From contig JBFOMH010000004.1 of assembly GCA_040830765.1 (NCBI GenBank), positions 224,001 to 288,000 of the forward strand: a stretch of DNA of 64,000 nucleotides. Reading direction: 5' to 3'. Source of the stretch: Puniceicoccaceae bacterium (GTDB lineage Bacteria; Verrucomicrobiota; Verrucomicrobiia; Opitutales; Oceanipulchritudinaceae). Position numbers and translations under genes: made by a program. Positions within the stretch are counted from its first letter, which is position 1. Each line of letters starts with the position of its first letter. A model generated the notes under the pieces. That model did not search any database, had not been told where the DNA came from, and saw only the letters and a list, made by a program, of their open reading frames with translations. This document shows positions 19,242 to 30,606 of the stretch, piece by piece.

Positions 19242-20492
19242 CTAGAGGTCGACCTCATTAACGAGGATCTGCTCCAAGCTTTGCCGTTTACGAGTCAGGG
19301 TGTGGGAACCATCTTCCCGCAAGAGAACCTCGGGTGCCTCCGGGAAGGAGTTGTAGTTCTTGGCGGACATGGCCCCGCAGTAAGCGCCTGCGCCACCAAT
19401 CAAAGCGAGATCCCCAATTTGGGCATTGGGAAGCTCGCGCGGGGAAAGCGCTTCCGGGTCGCCCGGCGCGGGTGTCAGGATATCCCCGGACTCACAACAG
19501 TGCCCAACCACAATGGCCGGCCGGGTCGCCTCATTCTCACGGTCGTGGAGGATATCAATGGGATGCTGGGCCCCGTAGAGGGAGGGCCGCAGGACCTCTG
19601 TCATGCCACAGTCCAGCTTGATGAAAGTGTAGCCCTCCGCACCCGTATCGACGACATCCGCGACGCTGGCCAGGACCGCCCCGGCATTGGCCACGAGGAA
19701 TGTGCCCGGCTCGATCTCGAGGTGCAGCTGGCGCTCGGTGCGTTCGGAAAAGTCCCGCAGGAGTTCCGCCACCGGCTCGCCAATCAGTTGCAGGTCAGTT
19801 GCCGCTTCGTTGTCCATGCGGGCGACTTTGAATCCGCCTCCAAGGTTCAGGTGGGTGACGGTTGAAAAGGCTTCCGCTATCTTCAGGCTGAGGGAGGCTG
19901 CCCGTGTCCAGACCGCGGGATCGCTGCCGGAGCCGATATGGGTATGAATGCGGAAAACGGTCAGCCCGTGCTTTTTGGCGACAGCCTTGGCCTCGTCGAG
20001 GTGCTCATGCCAGATGCCGAAGCTGGAGGCTGGTCCTCCGACGTTGGTCCGGTTGTTCCCCCCGGACCCAAGGCCGGGATTGAAACGCAAGCCAACGGTC
20101 TTGCCGGGAAATGCAGCCCCATATTGCTCGAGCTGACTGAGCGAACAGGCATTAACGGTTATGCCCCGCCGGACCAGATCGGCGAAATTGGCCGGCAGTT
20201 CCTGTGTGCTGAGGGAGATGCGGGTGGGATCGATGCCGGCCAGTGACAGCCGTTCGACCTCATGCCCGCTGCTGGCGTCAAAGTGCAACCCTTCGTTCTC
20301 AAAAAGCGTCAGTATTGCCCGGGTTGGAGCCGCTTTCATAGCATAACGCACCGTGAGGCCATAGGGGGACGGAAAGGCCTTGGTGGCCCGCGCCTGTTCT
20401 ATGAGGCGGGCTTCATCATAAACATAGACCGGAGTTCCATGCTCACTGGCAATGGCACTGGCCGTCGTGTAACTGAGAATTGGATCAGGCAT
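19242..20492 (-). CDS. lysA: Diaminopimelate decarboxylase
   Basis: [49 protein letters not shown]. Confidence 0.95.
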   Translation of the reverse strand: MPDPILSYTTASAIASEHGTPVYVYDEARLIEQARATKAFPSPYGLTVRYAMKAAPTRAILTLFENEGLHFDASSGHEVERLSLAGIDPTRISLSTQELPANFADLVRRGITVNACSLSQLEQYGAAFPGKTVGLRFNPGLGSGGNNRTNVGGPASSFGIWHEHLDEAKAVAKKHGLTVFRIHTHIGSGSDPAVWTRAASLSLKIAEAFSTVTHLNLGGGFKVARMDNEAATDLQLIGEPVAELLRDFSERTERQLHLEIEPGTFLVANAGAVLASVADVVDTGAEGYTFIKLDCGMTEVLRPSLYGAQHPIDILHDRENEATRPAIVVGHCCESGDILTPAPGDPEALSPRELPNAQIGDLALIGGAGAYCGAMSAKNYNSFPEAPEVLLREDGSHTLTRKRQSLEQILVNEVDL

Positions 20493-20543
20493 TCTGGCCC
20501 AACTAAATGGGAGAATGCGGCGATATGACAAGTGTGGAGACGC

Positions 20544-21647
20544 CTAAGGGCTGCTATTTGCCAGTTTCTCGAGGAATTGCAGGGTCGATTCCGCCTGCGG
20601 AAGGGGCGAGAAGCGTTCCTTGGCAAAGGCCGGGGCCCCGGCACCGTAATTTTCCCGCAATCCAGCATCACGGGCAAAGTTTTCCAAGGTGGCCGACAGG
20701 CCTTCCCGGTCTCCAGCCGGATGGATGATGCCCGTTTCGCCCGGAATGCAGGTCTCATTGACCCCGCGACAATCGTAGGCAACAACCGGCAACCCGGTCG
20801 CCTGGGCCTCGATCAGGAAATTAGGGAGGGAGTCCTCCCTTGAAACCGAAACGGCCACATCGGCAGCGGCATAGAACGGAAACGGGTCATGCTGGAAATG
20901 GAAAAACCGGACCCGCGTGCCCAGTCCGTTGGCCGCCGCCCAGTGCTTGCAGCGACGGTACTCCTTGCCGTCGCCGACTAGCCAGAGCCGCCAGTCAATC
21001 TCCCGGTGCCGTTCCCGCATGGAGGCGAATACCTTCAGGAGCTCCCGGTGCCGCTTTCCTGGCCGGAAGGTCGCGACATTGAGAAAGACGCACGTTTCTG
21101 GCTGAATCCGAAATTCCGCACGCCGGGCCTCCCGGGCCTGCTGCCATTCCTCGCGGGATCGCTCCAGGAGAACGGCGTTGTGAACGACATGGATGCGCTC
21201 CTCGGGGAATTGCCGCTCCAGCAAGCGGCGCTTCCACCAGTTGGAGTTCACCAGCACGCCACGAACTACCCCCATTGACCAGTGATGGAGGGGAAAGAGC
21301 ATCTTCCCAGTACGCAATGTCCCGACGACGGGAATGCTTGGAAAGCGGCGCTGAATAAAGCCGGCATAGCAATTGGCCGTCCGGCCCATGCAAAGTATGA
21401 TATCCGGCTGGATCTTGCGGATCCGCTTCATCAGGCCCAGGGCCCAAAGAGAGACCTTGCTGTCGAAGCCCTGAAGGGTCTCCACCCGCAAGCCCTCCAG
21501 GTGCTGCTCATCCACCAGATGACCACCGGGACGGAAGGTCAGGATGACGGCATCGTGCCCCTTTTCTCCAAAGGTCCGCGCAAGGAACAGGCTTTGCTTT
21601 TCCGTTCCACCCACCCGGAGATGGTCCTGGATAATGAGGATTTTCAT
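20544..21647 (-). CDS. Glycosyltransferase family 4
   Basis: GGTEKQ, VATFRPGKRH, SREDSLPNFLIEAQATGLPVV. Confidence 0.9.
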   Translation of the reverse strand: MKILIIQDHLRVGGTEKQSLFLARTFGEKGHDAVILTFRPGGHLVDEQHLEGLRVETLQGFDSKVSLWALGLMKRIRKIQPDIILCMGRTANCYAGFIQRRFPSIPVVGTLRTGKMLFPLHHWSMGVVRGVLVNSNWWKRRLLERQFPEERIHVVHNAVLLERSREEWQQAREARRAEFRIQPETCVFLNVATFRPGKRHRELLKVFASMRERHREIDWRLWLVGDGKEYRRCKHWAAANGLGTRVRFFHFQHDPFPFYAAADVAVSVSREDSLPNFLIEAQATGLPVVAYDCRGVNETCIPGETGIIHPAGDREGLSATLENFARDAGLRENYGAGAPAFAKERFSPLPQAESTLQFLEKLANSSP

Positions 21648-22474
21648 CCCGGATCCAATTTAAAGTATCGACGGGTGAGGGCCATCACCAGCCCCTTGGG
21701 CAGGATCCGCAAGCCGAACGGAGCGACCCTGCTCTGGAAGAAGCCTCCGCTCTTGACGGTGCAGCTCCTGCCCTTGCGAAGGGCCCGGAGGATGTCCCTC
21801 GCTGCCTGCTCCGGGGGTGGGGCAGCGGCAATATTCGCCTCCAGTTGCTGCCAGACCCGTTCCTGGCGGGGAGAGCCTTCCCCGTAACGCTTGATTTGTT
21901 CGTTGAAGGCCGTCCGGTAGTCACCCGGTTGAAAGTCGATGATGGATACCCCGCTCCCGGCCAGTTGCAGCATCAGCCCCCGGCTGTAGCTGCTCAACGC
22001 CGCTTTGCAGGCGCTGTAGCCTTCCATGTAGGGAATGGGGAACAGGGCCGCCAGCGAGCTGACATTGACCACCGCCCCACTGCCGCGCTCCTGCATTCCC
22101 CCAATGACCGTCCGGGTAAGCTGGACCGGGGCTGCCAAGAGCAAGGTTTGTTGTCCTGTTAGGACGTCTAGCGGGATTTCTGATGCCTTTCCAAAGCAAC
22201 TTGAGCCCGCATTGTTAATCAATAAATTAATTTTGCTTAACAAATCTTCATTATCCCTGATAAAAGACTCAATCCCCCCACTGGTGCTTCCATCGAAGGC
22301 CAGCCACTGGATGGCGGGGTCCAAACCTTCCCGGTCGGGACGGCGGGTGGTTCCATAAACGGTGATACCCTCCGCCTTCAGTGCCTCGGCGATGGCCTGA
22401 CCGATTCCCGAGGAGGCACCGGTGACAAGGGCGACCGGGAATTGCTGGGCGAGGCTGATCTGGCCGGAAGGCAT
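21644..22474 (-). CDS. Classical SDR-family NAD(P)-dependent oxidoreductase
   Basis: TGASSGIG, NNAG, VNVSS, YSACK, PG. ATGA-coupled to the downstream GT4. Confidence 0.9.
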   Translation of the reverse strand: MPSGQISLAQQFPVALVTGASSGIGQAIAEALKAEGITVYGTTRRPDREGLDPAIQWLAFDGSTSGGIESFIRDNEDLLSKINLLINNAGSSCFGKASEIPLDVLTGQQTLLLAAPVQLTRTVIGGMQERGSGAVVNVSSLAALFPIPYMEGYSACKAALSSYSRGLMLQLAGSGVSIIDFQPGDYRTAFNEQIKRYGEGSPRQERVWQQLEANIAAAPPPEQAARDILRALRKGRSCTVKSGGFFQSRVAPFGLRILPKGLVMALTRRYFKLDPG

Positions 22475-22614
22475 GGGCGAACTGTTGGTTTGCAGGCGGA
22501 TGGAGGCAAGCCCGCATAACCCGGGACAAGCACATAATGGGTTAATGCTTCCTGAGATGGAATTGTTTCATTGCAGGCAGACGATTTAACCTGTTCTGAT
22601 TCTTCGGTCAGCCA

Positions 22615-23736
22615 ATGTCACGGTCCGTCCACATTCTCACCCACGAGTTTCATCCCACAACCGGAGGCATTGGAACCTATGTTGAGGAAACAGCAGCCGC
22701 AGCCGCGGAAGCCGGCTTGGAGGTGAGGGTCTGGGCGCCCGGATTAGATGAAGGGGGGTATGATCCATTTCCATATCAGGTCAACCGGGTCCGGATGCGG
22801 GGGAAGCAGGATTGGCTATGTCGTTTCCGTATGGCTTCGGCCCTGAAAAAGGCCTTTCCGGAGGGGCGGATCCCCGGGACTCTCCTCCTCGCCGAGCCCG
22901 GTCCGATTCGCCTCTGGATGTATGCATCCTTTCTCGGCTTGCCGCGATCCGACCGCCTGATGGTCATCTTTCACGGCTCTGAGTTGCTGGCCCTGAGCCG
23001 GCACCGGCGTCGGCGGGTCCGGCTCCGTCAGTTGCTGCTGGGGACTGATTGCATTGGATGTGTGTCCGGGCCTGTACGTAAGATGGCCCTCAATCTGGGA
23101 CCCGATATTTCTTCGCGAGTCGCGTTGGTTCCGGGTGCTGTGCGGTCTGCATGGACCAACCTGCCTGCAATCCCCCGGGAAAACCAACCCGAACCCGGTA
23201 TTCTCCATGTCGGACGCATCCATCCCCGCAAAGGCCAGCTTGAGTTGGTCGAAGCAGCCGGCCGGCTGCCCGATACATGGCGGCAATCCGTCCGCATAAG
23301 GCTTGTCGGGCCGGTCGGGCACCCCCGGTACCTCGACCAAATCCAGCAACGGGCTGCGGAGCTTTCCGTCAGGCTGAGTCTCGAGGGCCGGCTTCCGGAG
23401 GCAAAGCTTGCTGAAGCTTACCGGACGGCCGCCATGCTGGTCCTGCCCAGCCAGCCTTACCGCAACAGTGTTGAGGGACTCGGCTTGTCACTGCTTGAGG
23501 CACAGCATTTCGGATGCCCTGTCGTCGGGACGCGTATCGGGGGCATTCCGGAAGCCATGGAAGAGGGAAAAAGCGGGCTCATTGTTTCACCCTCTGATCC
23601 CGTGGCCCTGGCGAACGCTATCAAGCAATTGCTGGAAGACCCCCCCAGCGCCTCCACGATGGGGATGAACGGCAGCCGGTTCGTCCGGGAAACTTTTTCC
23701 TGGAGGAAAAATATCCAGCGGCTGGGATTAGCTTAG
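22615..23736 (+). CDS. Glycosyltransferase family 4 (PimB-like)
   Basis: THEFHPTTGGIGTY, HGSEL, VGRIHPRKGQ, VEGLGLSLLEA, GGIPEA. Confidence 0.9.
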   Translation: MSRSVHILTHEFHPTTGGIGTYVEETAAAAAEAGLEVRVWAPGLDEGGYDPFPYQVNRVRMRGKQDWLCRFRMASALKKAFPEGRIPGTLLLAEPGPIRLWMYASFLGLPRSDRLMVIFHGSELLALSRHRRRRVRLRQLLLGTDCIGCVSGPVRKMALNLGPDISSRVALVPGAVRSAWTNLPAIPRENQPEPGILHVGRIHPRKGQLELVEAAGRLPDTWRQSVRIRLVGPVGHPRYLDQIQQRAAELSVRLSLEGRLPEAKLAEAYRTAAMLVLPSQPYRNSVEGLGLSLLEAQHFGCPVVGTRIGGIPEAMEEGKSGLIVSPSDPVALANAIKQLLEDPPSASTMGMNGSRFVRETFSWRKNIQRLGLA

Positions 23737-23876
23737 CTTAACACCATGAGCAATTCAGCTTATACAACAGTTTATTAATTCGTGCTTATTTGTATTGGCT
23801 TTACTGTATCAGCAGAGCTTATTAACCCCTTGGGGTTCTTAATTGGAGAATTTATATCAAACCGGACAATCAAGCG

Positions 23877-24623
23877 ATGAGTTCACTCGGAAAGAAATAC
23901 ATCATGGCCCTCAGCGGACTGGTACTAGTCGGTTTTGCCATTGGGCACATGGTCGGGAACCTGCAGATGTTTTTGCATCCTGACTGGATCAATGAATACG
24001 CCTACAAACTGCAGCATCTGCCATATGGCCTCCTCTGGGTGGTTCGCTCGGTGCTGCTGCTCTGCGTTGTGGCCCACATCCTGACGGCTGTGCTGCTGGT
24101 GATTGAGAATCACCGGGCCCGGCCGGAAAAGTATGTCGCCAAGGCCCAGTTGCAGGCCACCTTCGCCAGCCGGACGATGCGCTACAGCGGAATAATCCTC
24201 CTGTTTTTCATCATCTTCCACATCATGCATTTCACGGTGCAAAACATTCATCCGGAGTTCCTTCACTTGGAAACGGAGCTGGAGGGTGTTGGGACGATGC
24301 ACCACGTCTATGACAAGCTTCTGCCGCTGGGGAAGACGGAGGTTCATGACGTCTACAGCATGGTGGCGCATGGATTCAGCGGTCAGTTCTGGTACGTCTC
24401 CGTATTCTACATCATTTCCATGGCGCTTTTGGCACTGCACCTGAGGCATGGCATCAGCAGCATGTTCCAGAGCCTCGGACTGCGCAACGCCCTCTGGCGG
24501 GTTCGTCTGGACGCCATCGCCCTGGTATTGGCCATCATTGTCTTCGTGGGGTTTGCTTCCATCCCGCTGGCCAGTCTGGCCGGCCTGATTGAGCCTATCA
24601 CCCCGCTGGTTGCAACACATTGA
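23877..24623 (+). CDS. sdhC: Succinate dehydrogenase/fumarate reductase cytochrome b subunit (b558 family)
   Basis: [19 protein letters not shown], several heme-ligand His, [14 protein letters not shown]. Confidence 0.95.
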   Translation: MSSLGKKYIMALSGLVLVGFAIGHMVGNLQMFLHPDWINEYAYKLQHLPYGLLWVVRSVLLLCVVAHILTAVLLVIENHRARPEKYVAKAQLQATFASRTMRYSGIILLFFIIFHIMHFTVQNIHPEFLHLETELEGVGTMHHVYDKLLPLGKTEVHDVYSMVAHGFSGQFWYVSVFYIISMALLALHLRHGISSMFQSLGLRNALWRVRLDAIALVLAIIVFVGFASIPLASLAGLIEPITPLVATH

Positions 24624-24640
24624 GGAAAGAGGACAGCAAC

Positions 24641-26587
24641 ATGAATTTAGACGCAAAAATACCCGAAGGTCCCATCGAACAGAAGTGGACCAAAGCAAAG
24701 TTCGACTATAAGCTCGTTAATCCCGCCAACAAGCGCAAGTACAGCGTCATCGTTGTTGGAAGCGGTCTGGCTGGCGCTGGCGCTGCGGCCACCCTCGGCG
24801 AGATGGGCTACAACGTGAAGTGCTTCTGTTACCAGGACTCTCCACGACGGGCGCACTCCATCGCTGCCCAGGGGGGCATCAATGCGGCCAAGAATTACCA
24901 GAACGACGGCGACAGTGTGTTCCGCCTCTTTTACGACACCGTCAAGGGTGGCGACTTCCGGAGCCGCGAAGCCAATGTCTATCGCCTGGCCGAGGTCTCG
25001 AGCAACATCATCGACCAGTGCGTGGCCCAGGGCGTTCCCTTTGCCCGGGAATATGGCGGGATGCTGGCCAACCGCTCCTTCGGCGGGGCGCAGGTCAGCC
25101 GGACCTTTTACGCCCGCGGGCAGACCGGTCAGCAACTGCTTCTCGGGGCTTACCACAGCCTGAGCCGCCAGATTGGACTGGGGCAGGTAAAGATGTACAA
25201 CCGGCACGAGATGCTCGATGTGGTCCTTGTCGATGGTGTGGCCAAGGGGATTATTACCCGCAACCTTGTCACCGGAAAAATCGATCGCTGGGCAGCGGAT
25301 GCGGTGGTCCTGGCAACCGGGGGCTACTCGACAGTCTTCTTCCTTTCCACCAATGCGGCCGGCTGCAATGTCACGGCTGCCTGGCGGGCCTACCGGCGCG
25401 GAGCCGGTTTCGCGAATCCCTGTTACACGCAGATCCACCCGACCTGTATCCCGCAGGAAGGTGAGCACCAGTCGAAGCTGACCCTGATGTCCGAGTCCCT
25501 GCGCAACGACGGACGAGTCTGGGTTCCCAAGGATCGGGAGACGGCAGCGAAAATTCGCCGGGGTGAATTAAAGCCCTCCCAGGTACCGGAAGAGGAGCGG
25601 GATTACTACCTCGAGCGCAAGTACCCGAGTTTCGGTAACCTTGCCCCGCGAGACATTTCCAGCCGCGCGGCCAAGGAGGCCTGTGATGATGGGCGCGGGG
25701 TGGCCCCCACCGGCTATGGGGTCTTCCTTGATTTTGCCGATGCCATCAACCGCCTTGGCAAACACGTCATCGAGGAACGCTACGGCAACCTCTTCGACAT
25801 GTATGAAAACATCATGGGCGTCAGTGCCTACGAGGAGCCGATGCAGATTTACCCCGCCCCGCACTACACCATGGGCGGCCTCTGGGTTGATTACAACCTG
25901 ATGACGACCATCCCGGGTCTCTTTGCCACCGGCGAATGCAACTTCTCCGACCACGGGGCCAACCGCCTTGGGGCCTCCGCCCTCATGCAGGGCCTGGCCG
26001 ACGGTTACTTCGTTACCCCGTATGCCATCGGCAATTATCTCGGAACCGAAATTCCTGTCGGGAAGGCTGGCCGGATTGACATCAACGACCCGGCCTTCGC
26101 CGAGGCCGAGCAGGCCGTGAAGGATAAGATCGACCGTATGCTCTCCATCAAGGGTAACACCAGCCCGCGGAGTATCCACATCGAACTGGGCAAGGTCATG
26201 CTCGACAAGTGTGGCATGGCCCGTGACGAGGCCGGTCTCAAGGAGGCCATTGAGAAAATTCGCGAGCTGCGCCAGCGCTTCTGGGAAGACCTCAAGCTCC
26301 CCGGTGGAGCGGATGAACTGAATGTCGAGCTCGAACGGGCCGGCCGGGTGGCCGACCATCTCGAGTTTGCCGAGCTGATGTGTTATGACGCGCTGGCCCG
26401 CGACGAATCCTGCGGGGGTCACTTCAGGGTCGAGCACCAGACGGATGAAGGGGAAGCCGTCCGGGACGATGAGGCGTTCAGCAATGTCACCGTTTGGGAA
26501 TTCAAGGGGCTGGATGCAGAGCCGGCCAAGCATGTCGAGGCGCTGTCCTTTGAATACGTCAAGCCGGGTGTCCGTAGCTACAAGTAA
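24641..26587 (+). CDS. sdhA: Succinate dehydrogenase/fumarate reductase flavoprotein subunit
   Basis: [61 protein letters not shown] at 24641 after a GAGGA Shine-Dalgarno. Confidence 0.97.
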   Translation: MNLDAKIPEGPIEQKWTKAKFDYKLVNPANKRKYSVIVVGSGLAGAGAAATLGEMGYNVKCFCYQDSPRRAHSIAAQGGINAAKNYQNDGDSVFRLFYDTVKGGDFRSREANVYRLAEVSSNIIDQCVAQGVPFAREYGGMLANRSFGGAQVSRTFYARGQTGQQLLLGAYHSLSRQIGLGQVKMYNRHEMLDVVLVDGVAKGIITRNLVTGKIDRWAADAVVLATGGYSTVFFLSTNAAGCNVTAAWRAYRRGAGFANPCYTQIHPTCIPQEGEHQSKLTLMSESLRNDGRVWVPKDRETAAKIRRGELKPSQVPEEERDYYLERKYPSFGNLAPRDISSRAAKEACDDGRGVAPTGYGVFLDFADAINRLGKHVIEERYGNLFDMYENIMGVSAYEEPMQIYPAPHYTMGGLWVDYNLMTTIPGLFATGECNFSDHGANRLGASALMQGLADGYFVTPYAIGNYLGTEIPVGKAGRIDINDPAFAEAEQAVKDKIDRMLSIKGNTSPRSIHIELGKVMLDKCGMARDEAGLKEAIEKIRELRQRFWEDLKLPGGADELNVELERAGRVADHLEFAELMCYDALARDESCGGHFRVEHQTDEGEAVRDDEAFSNVTVWEFKGLDAEPAKHVEALSFEYVKPGVRSYK

Positions 26588-26613
26588 GGAATCTCGAGAA
26601 CAAGATACGAATC

Positions 26614-27393
26614 ATGTCTGAAAAAAACATCAGTGTTACTTTGAAAGTCTGGCGGCAGAAGGATGCTTCGGCCCCGGGGGCGTTTGAGACCTACCAAGTT
26701 GAATCGGTTTCCACTTCGTCCTCTTTCCTTGAGATGCTCGATCTGTTGAATGAGCAACTGATTGCAGAGGACAAGGAGCCGATAGCTTTCGACCACGACT
26801 GCCGGGAAGGCATCTGCGGGACGTGTTCCCTGGTCATCAACGGAATTCCGCACGGGAAGAAAGAGCTGCAGACGACCTGCCAGGTCCACATGCGCAGTTT
26901 CCAGGACGGAGAGACCATCACCATAGAACCTTACCGCTCCAAGCCCTTCCCGGTGATGCGTGACCTTGTTGTCGATCGTACCCCGATGGATGCAATTATG
27001 CAGGCTGGCGGTTTTGTGGATCAGCGCATCGGGGCGGCCCAGGACGCCAACGCCCTGCCAATTTCCAAGGAAATTGCCGACAAGGCCATGGATGCCGCCG
27101 CCTGTATTGGCTGTGGTGCCTGTGTGGCGGTGTGCCCGAATGCCTCGGCCATGCTTTTCACCTCCGCCAAGGTCAGCCAGCTGAACATGCTCCCGCAAGG
27201 CAAACCGGAGAAGGACCGCCGCGCGCTGAGAATGGTTGGCGCCATGGACGATGCCGGATTCGGCAACTGCACCAATATCGGGGAGTGCGAAGCCGCCTGT
27301 CCGAAGGGAGTTAGCCTCGATTTCATCGCGCAGATGAATCGTGATTACGCGGTTGCATCGGTGAAGAAGTTCCTCGGCCTCACTGCCGGTTGA
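26614..27393 (+). CDS. sdhB: Succinate dehydrogenase/fumarate reductase iron-sulfur subunit
   Basis: [22 protein letters not shown] and [12 protein letters not shown]e-S motifs. Confidence 0.97.
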   Translation: MSEKNISVTLKVWRQKDASAPGAFETYQVESVSTSSSFLEMLDLLNEQLIAEDKEPIAFDHDCREGICGTCSLVINGIPHGKKELQTTCQVHMRSFQDGETITIEPYRSKPFPVMRDLVVDRTPMDAIMQAGGFVDQRIGAAQDANALPISKEIADKAMDAAACIGCGACVAVCPNASAMLFTSAKVSQLNMLPQGKPEKDRRALRMVGAMDDAGFGNCTNIGECEAACPKGVSLDFIAQMNRDYAVASVKKFLGLTAG

Positions 27394-27416
27394 GCCGGAA
27401 GGCAACCTTGACAAGG

Positions 27417-27441
27417 TGTTTAGCGGGTTTATCGCTAAACA
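27417..27441 (+). other. Stem-loop between sdhB and rny (possible terminator or processing structure)
   Basis: TGTTTAGCG-GGTTTAT-CGCTAAACA is a perfect 9-bp inverted repeat. No clean U-tract. TTGACA at 27408-27413 lies just upstream. Confidence 0.4.
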
Positions 27442-27504
27442 TGTGCTTCTGAAACCTTTCCAAGCTCGGCACTGGCGGCGATTGGCTGCCTGACAAGGAC
27501 ATAC

Positions 27505-29037
27505 ATGGAAACCGGCCTCCTCCTACAAGCCTTCTTCTTCGGGTTCATCCTTGCGGGTGGTGTGACCCTTTTGCTGCATCTCCGATTCAAGGAACAGCGC
27601 AAGGCACAGCTGGAGGAGCGCTGCCAACTCGCCGAGAGGGCCAAGCAACTGGAGTTGGAGGAGCAGTCAAAACGGTTGCAATTGGACCACGAGAAACGCC
27701 TCGCGCAGCTGGAGCAGGACTTCAAGGAGCGGGAAATCGAGCTCCGGGGACGCGAAGACGAGGCGGTCTCGGCCCTTCTGAACATCGAGAAAGACCGGGA
27801 GACGCTCGAACGTCGCCGCGGTGACCTTGAAGAACAATTTGAAAAATTCGAGAAAACCCGGGACCAGCACCGGGAGCTGATTTCCGAATATCGTGCCCGC
27901 CTGCAGGAAATTGGACAAATGTCCACGGAGACGGCCAAGGAGCAGTTGCTGGGTTTGGCTCGCCGGGAATGTGAGGACGAGATCCGGGCCATGAAGGAGG
28001 ATATGCTGGGTCGCTCCGAGAAGGAATTCGAGGAGGAGGCACGAAAGACCCTTATCGCCTGCATGCAGCGCTTGAGCGCGTCTCCGCATGAGGATATTAC
28101 CGCCACAACCGTAACCCTTCCCAACGAGGAGATGAAGGGCCGGATCATCGGCAGGGAGGGGCGCAATATCAAGTCCTTCGAATCAATGACGGGGACGACC
28201 CTGCTTATTGATGAAACGCCTGACAGTGTCCTCATATCATCCTTTGATCCCGTTCGCCGTGAAACTGCCCGCCTGGCCTTGGAATCCCTCGTCAAGGACG
28301 GCCGGATTCATCCCAGCAGCATCGAGGAAGCGGTGCGGCGGGCCGAAGAGGAAGTGAAGCAAAGCGTTGTCGACAGCGGGGAGGATGCCTTGCGGCGGTT
28401 GCGGCTGAGCCGGATGCATCCGGAAGTCGTGGCCAACCTTGGTCGTTTGCGTTTCCGCCTTTCCAACAACCAGAATTCCCTCGAGCACTCCCTGGAGGTA
28501 GCCAATCTCTGCTCTTTAATGGCTTCCGAGTTGAGTCTGGACACCACTATCGCCAAGCGGTGCGGATTGCTCCACGATATCGGGAAGGTCCTTGACCAGG
28601 ACCATGAGGGCAGCCATGCCCTGGCCGGGTCCTATTTCCTCAAGCGACTAGGGAACGAAGATCCCCGCGTTATCAACGCGGTCGCTGGCCACCATGGAGA
28701 AGTACCGGCCGAGAGCCCCTACGTTGCTTTGGTCATGGTGGCGGACAGTGTCAGTGCGATGCGTCCCGGTGTGCGGGCTGACAGCCTTGACGGATACCTG
28801 CAGCGGGTCCGCAGCCTGGAGGAGATTGCCTCCTCCATTGAGGGAGTAACCGAGGCCTATGCCATCCAGGCTGGCCGGGAGATCCGGGTCATTGTCTGCC
28901 CCAAGAAAGTCTCCGAGCCGGATGCCGCGCTCCTGGCGCGCAAGATCCGTCGCAAGATTGAGGATGAGCTGCAGTATCCCGGGACAATCAAGGTCACCGT
29001 TGTCCGCGAAAACCGCTTTGAAGAGACAGCCAAGTAG
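27505..29037 (+). CDS. rny: Ribonuclease Y
   Basis: N-terminal TM helix, coiled coil, KH domain (MKGRIIGREGRNI), HD domain (LLHDIGK), AIQAGREIRV, YPGTIKVTVVRE. Confidence 0.96.
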   Translation: METGLLLQAFFFGFILAGGVTLLLHLRFKEQRKAQLEERCQLAERAKQLELEEQSKRLQLDHEKRLAQLEQDFKEREIELRGREDEAVSALLNIEKDRETLERRRGDLEEQFEKFEKTRDQHRELISEYRARLQEIGQMSTETAKEQLLGLARRECEDEIRAMKEDMLGRSEKEFEEEARKTLIACMQRLSASPHEDITATTVTLPNEEMKGRIIGREGRNIKSFESMTGTTLLIDETPDSVLISSFDPVRRETARLALESLVKDGRIHPSSIEEAVRRAEEEVKQSVVDSGEDALRRLRLSRMHPEVVANLGRLRFRLSNNQNSLEHSLEVANLCSLMASELSLDTTIAKRCGLLHDIGKVLDQDHEGSHALAGSYFLKRLGNEDPRVINAVAGHHGEVPAESPYVALVMVADSVSAMRPGVRADSLDGYLQRVRSLEEIASSIEGVTEAYAIQAGREIRVIVCPKKVSEPDAALLARKIRRKIEDELQYPGTIKVTVVRENRFEETAK

Positions 29038-29103
29038 GGCAGTGCCTGAATTTGACCATTATTAGGGCCTGCTAAGGCCGTATCACGGACTTTTGCTTGT
29101 GGG

Positions 29104-29514
29104 ATGAAACGGTCCCGCAAGCATACCGAAGAGCCTTTCCAGATGGCGCCGATGATCGACATGGTGTTCTTGCTTTTGGTCTTTTTCATGACGGTCAGCA
29201 CCTTGGCTAAGGATGCGCGTCCGGACATTCTTTTGCCGGAATCGGTGACTGCAGAGGTACCGGATGAAATCCCTCCAAGGGACATAGTCACGGTAATGCC
29301 AAAGGGCGAGGGCTATCAGTTTCATTGGCACAATCGCGCAGTCACTGAGACAGAATTGTCCGGGCTCCTCATGGATGCCGCGAAGCAAAGTGCCGGGCCG
29401 CAGCTGCTTCTGCGCGGCCCACCTGAGCTTCCGTGGTCGGCGTGGCAGGTGGTCATCGAACACTGCCGCGAGGCCGGAATCTCCGATCTGATCTTTGCCA
29501 CTCATGAATCCTGA
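29104..29514 (+). CDS. exbD: Biopolymer transport protein, ExbD/TolR family
   Basis: QMAPMIDMVFLLLVFFM TM motif with the conserved Asp. Confidence 0.85.
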   Translation: MKRSRKHTEEPFQMAPMIDMVFLLLVFFMTVSTLAKDARPDILLPESVTAEVPDEIPPRDIVTVMPKGEGYQFHWHNRAVTETELSGLLMDAAKQSAGPQLLLRGPPELPWSAWQVVIEHCREAGISDLIFATHES

Positions 29515-29523
29515 ACTTCCGTC

Positions 29524-29940
29524 ATGCGCCGCCGCCTAACTGACCGTCCCGAGATCCCCATTGCCCCGATGATCGACTGCGTTTTCCTGATGCTGGTCTA
29601 CTTCATGACGACCAGCTCACTCGAGAAATCGGAGGCGGACCTTGCCTTCCCGGCAGGTCAGGCTGGGATACCGGCGGATCCGCTGCCCGCTGTTGATGAA
29701 CAACGTCTGCTCGTGCAGTCTGGCGGTCAACTTATGTGGAATGGGACGACCTATGGGTTGGATTCTTCCGGCAGGGCGCTGCTTGAGCAACGTCTGGTCC
29801 TTTTTCGTGACACCTGCCTTCAGGCTGGCTCGGAACCTTCTCTAAGAGTTGAACCGGATGACGCCGTTAACCATCAGGAGTTGGTGGCCCTGCTGGATGC
29901 CATCACACGGTCAGAGATCGAGACGATTCACTTTCCCTGA
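29524..29940 (+). CDS. exbD: Biopolymer transport protein, ExbD/TolR family
   Basis: PIAPMIDCVFLMLVYFMTT motif; C-terminal D..V.HQELVALLD. Confidence 0.85.
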   Translation: MRRRLTDRPEIPIAPMIDCVFLMLVYFMTTSSLEKSEADLAFPAGQAGIPADPLPAVDEQRLLVQSGGQLMWNGTTYGLDSSGRALLEQRLVLFRDTCLQAGSEPSLRVEPDDAVNHQELVALLDAITRSEIETIHFP

Positions 29941-29946
29941 CCAGGC

Positions 29947-30582
29947 TCAAATCTCCACCAGGCCCTGCTGGATGGCGAAGCGCGTCAACCCCGCGACATC
30001 GTGGATATCGAGCTTGCTCATGACATTTGTCCGGTGGGTATCGGCCGTCTTGACGCTGATATCCAGCTTGGCCGCAACTTCCTTGGTTGTATGGCCTTCC
30101 GCCACCAACTGCAGGATCTCCCGCTCCCGTGGAGTCAGTTTGTCCAGGGAGCCCGTGACTTCAGGATTCAACATGATGTCCCGAAGTATCTCCAGGACCT
30201 GACCACTCATGTAGGCTTCCCCAGCCATGACACGCTTGATACCTTCCTCCAGTTCCTCGATGGTCGCACTCTTGTGGACAATCCCGTTGGCGCCGGCTTT
30301 GAGGGCGGCCTGGACCCGTTCCCGGGTGGAATATCCGGAAAACACCATCAGCTTGCATCTGGGTAAGAACTTCCTCAGCTGACGGATGATCTCCAGGCCA
30401 TTGAGGCTGGGCACCATGATGTCAACGATGACCAGGTCCGGCCGGAGCTCCTTGCACTCCTTGAGGGCCTCGAGGCCATCCCCGCAATGCCCGGCAAGTT
30501 GAAAGTCCTTCAATTCATCAACCAGGCGGCAAACCAGCTCGCGCAGGATATTCTGGTCCTCAATAACGTATACGGAGTGCAT
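29947..30582 (-). CDS. NarL/FixJ-family response regulator (REC + LuxR HTH)
   Basis: IED, DIMVPSLNGLE, LTPREREILQLVAEG, ISVKTADTHRTNVMSKL. No adjacent sensor kinase. Confidence 0.93.
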   Translation of the reverse strand: MHSVYVIEDQNILRELVCRLVDELKDFQLAGHCGDGLEALKECKELRPDLVIVDIMVPSLNGLEIIRQLRKFLPRCKLMVFSGYSTRERVQAALKAGANGIVHKSATIEELEEGIKRVMAGEAYMSGQVLEILRDIMLNPEVTGSLDKLTPREREILQLVAEGHTTKEVAAKLDISVKTADTHRTNVMSKLDIHDVAGLTRFAIQQGLVEI

Positions 30583-30606
30583 GGAAATAGGATTTGTTAT
30601 TCGTGT

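Noticed and set aside
22200..22270. AT-rich patch inside the SDR gene resembling the operator or a promoter
   Set aside because: It encodes the LLSKINLLINNAG strand in frame and lacks the ATAATTAT core.
23823..23835. TAACCCCTTGGGG, identical to the start of the T7 terminator
   Set aside because: Only 13 nt match and the rest of the element is absent. It lies in the native AT-rich sdhC upstream region, so coincidence is more likely than vector contamination.
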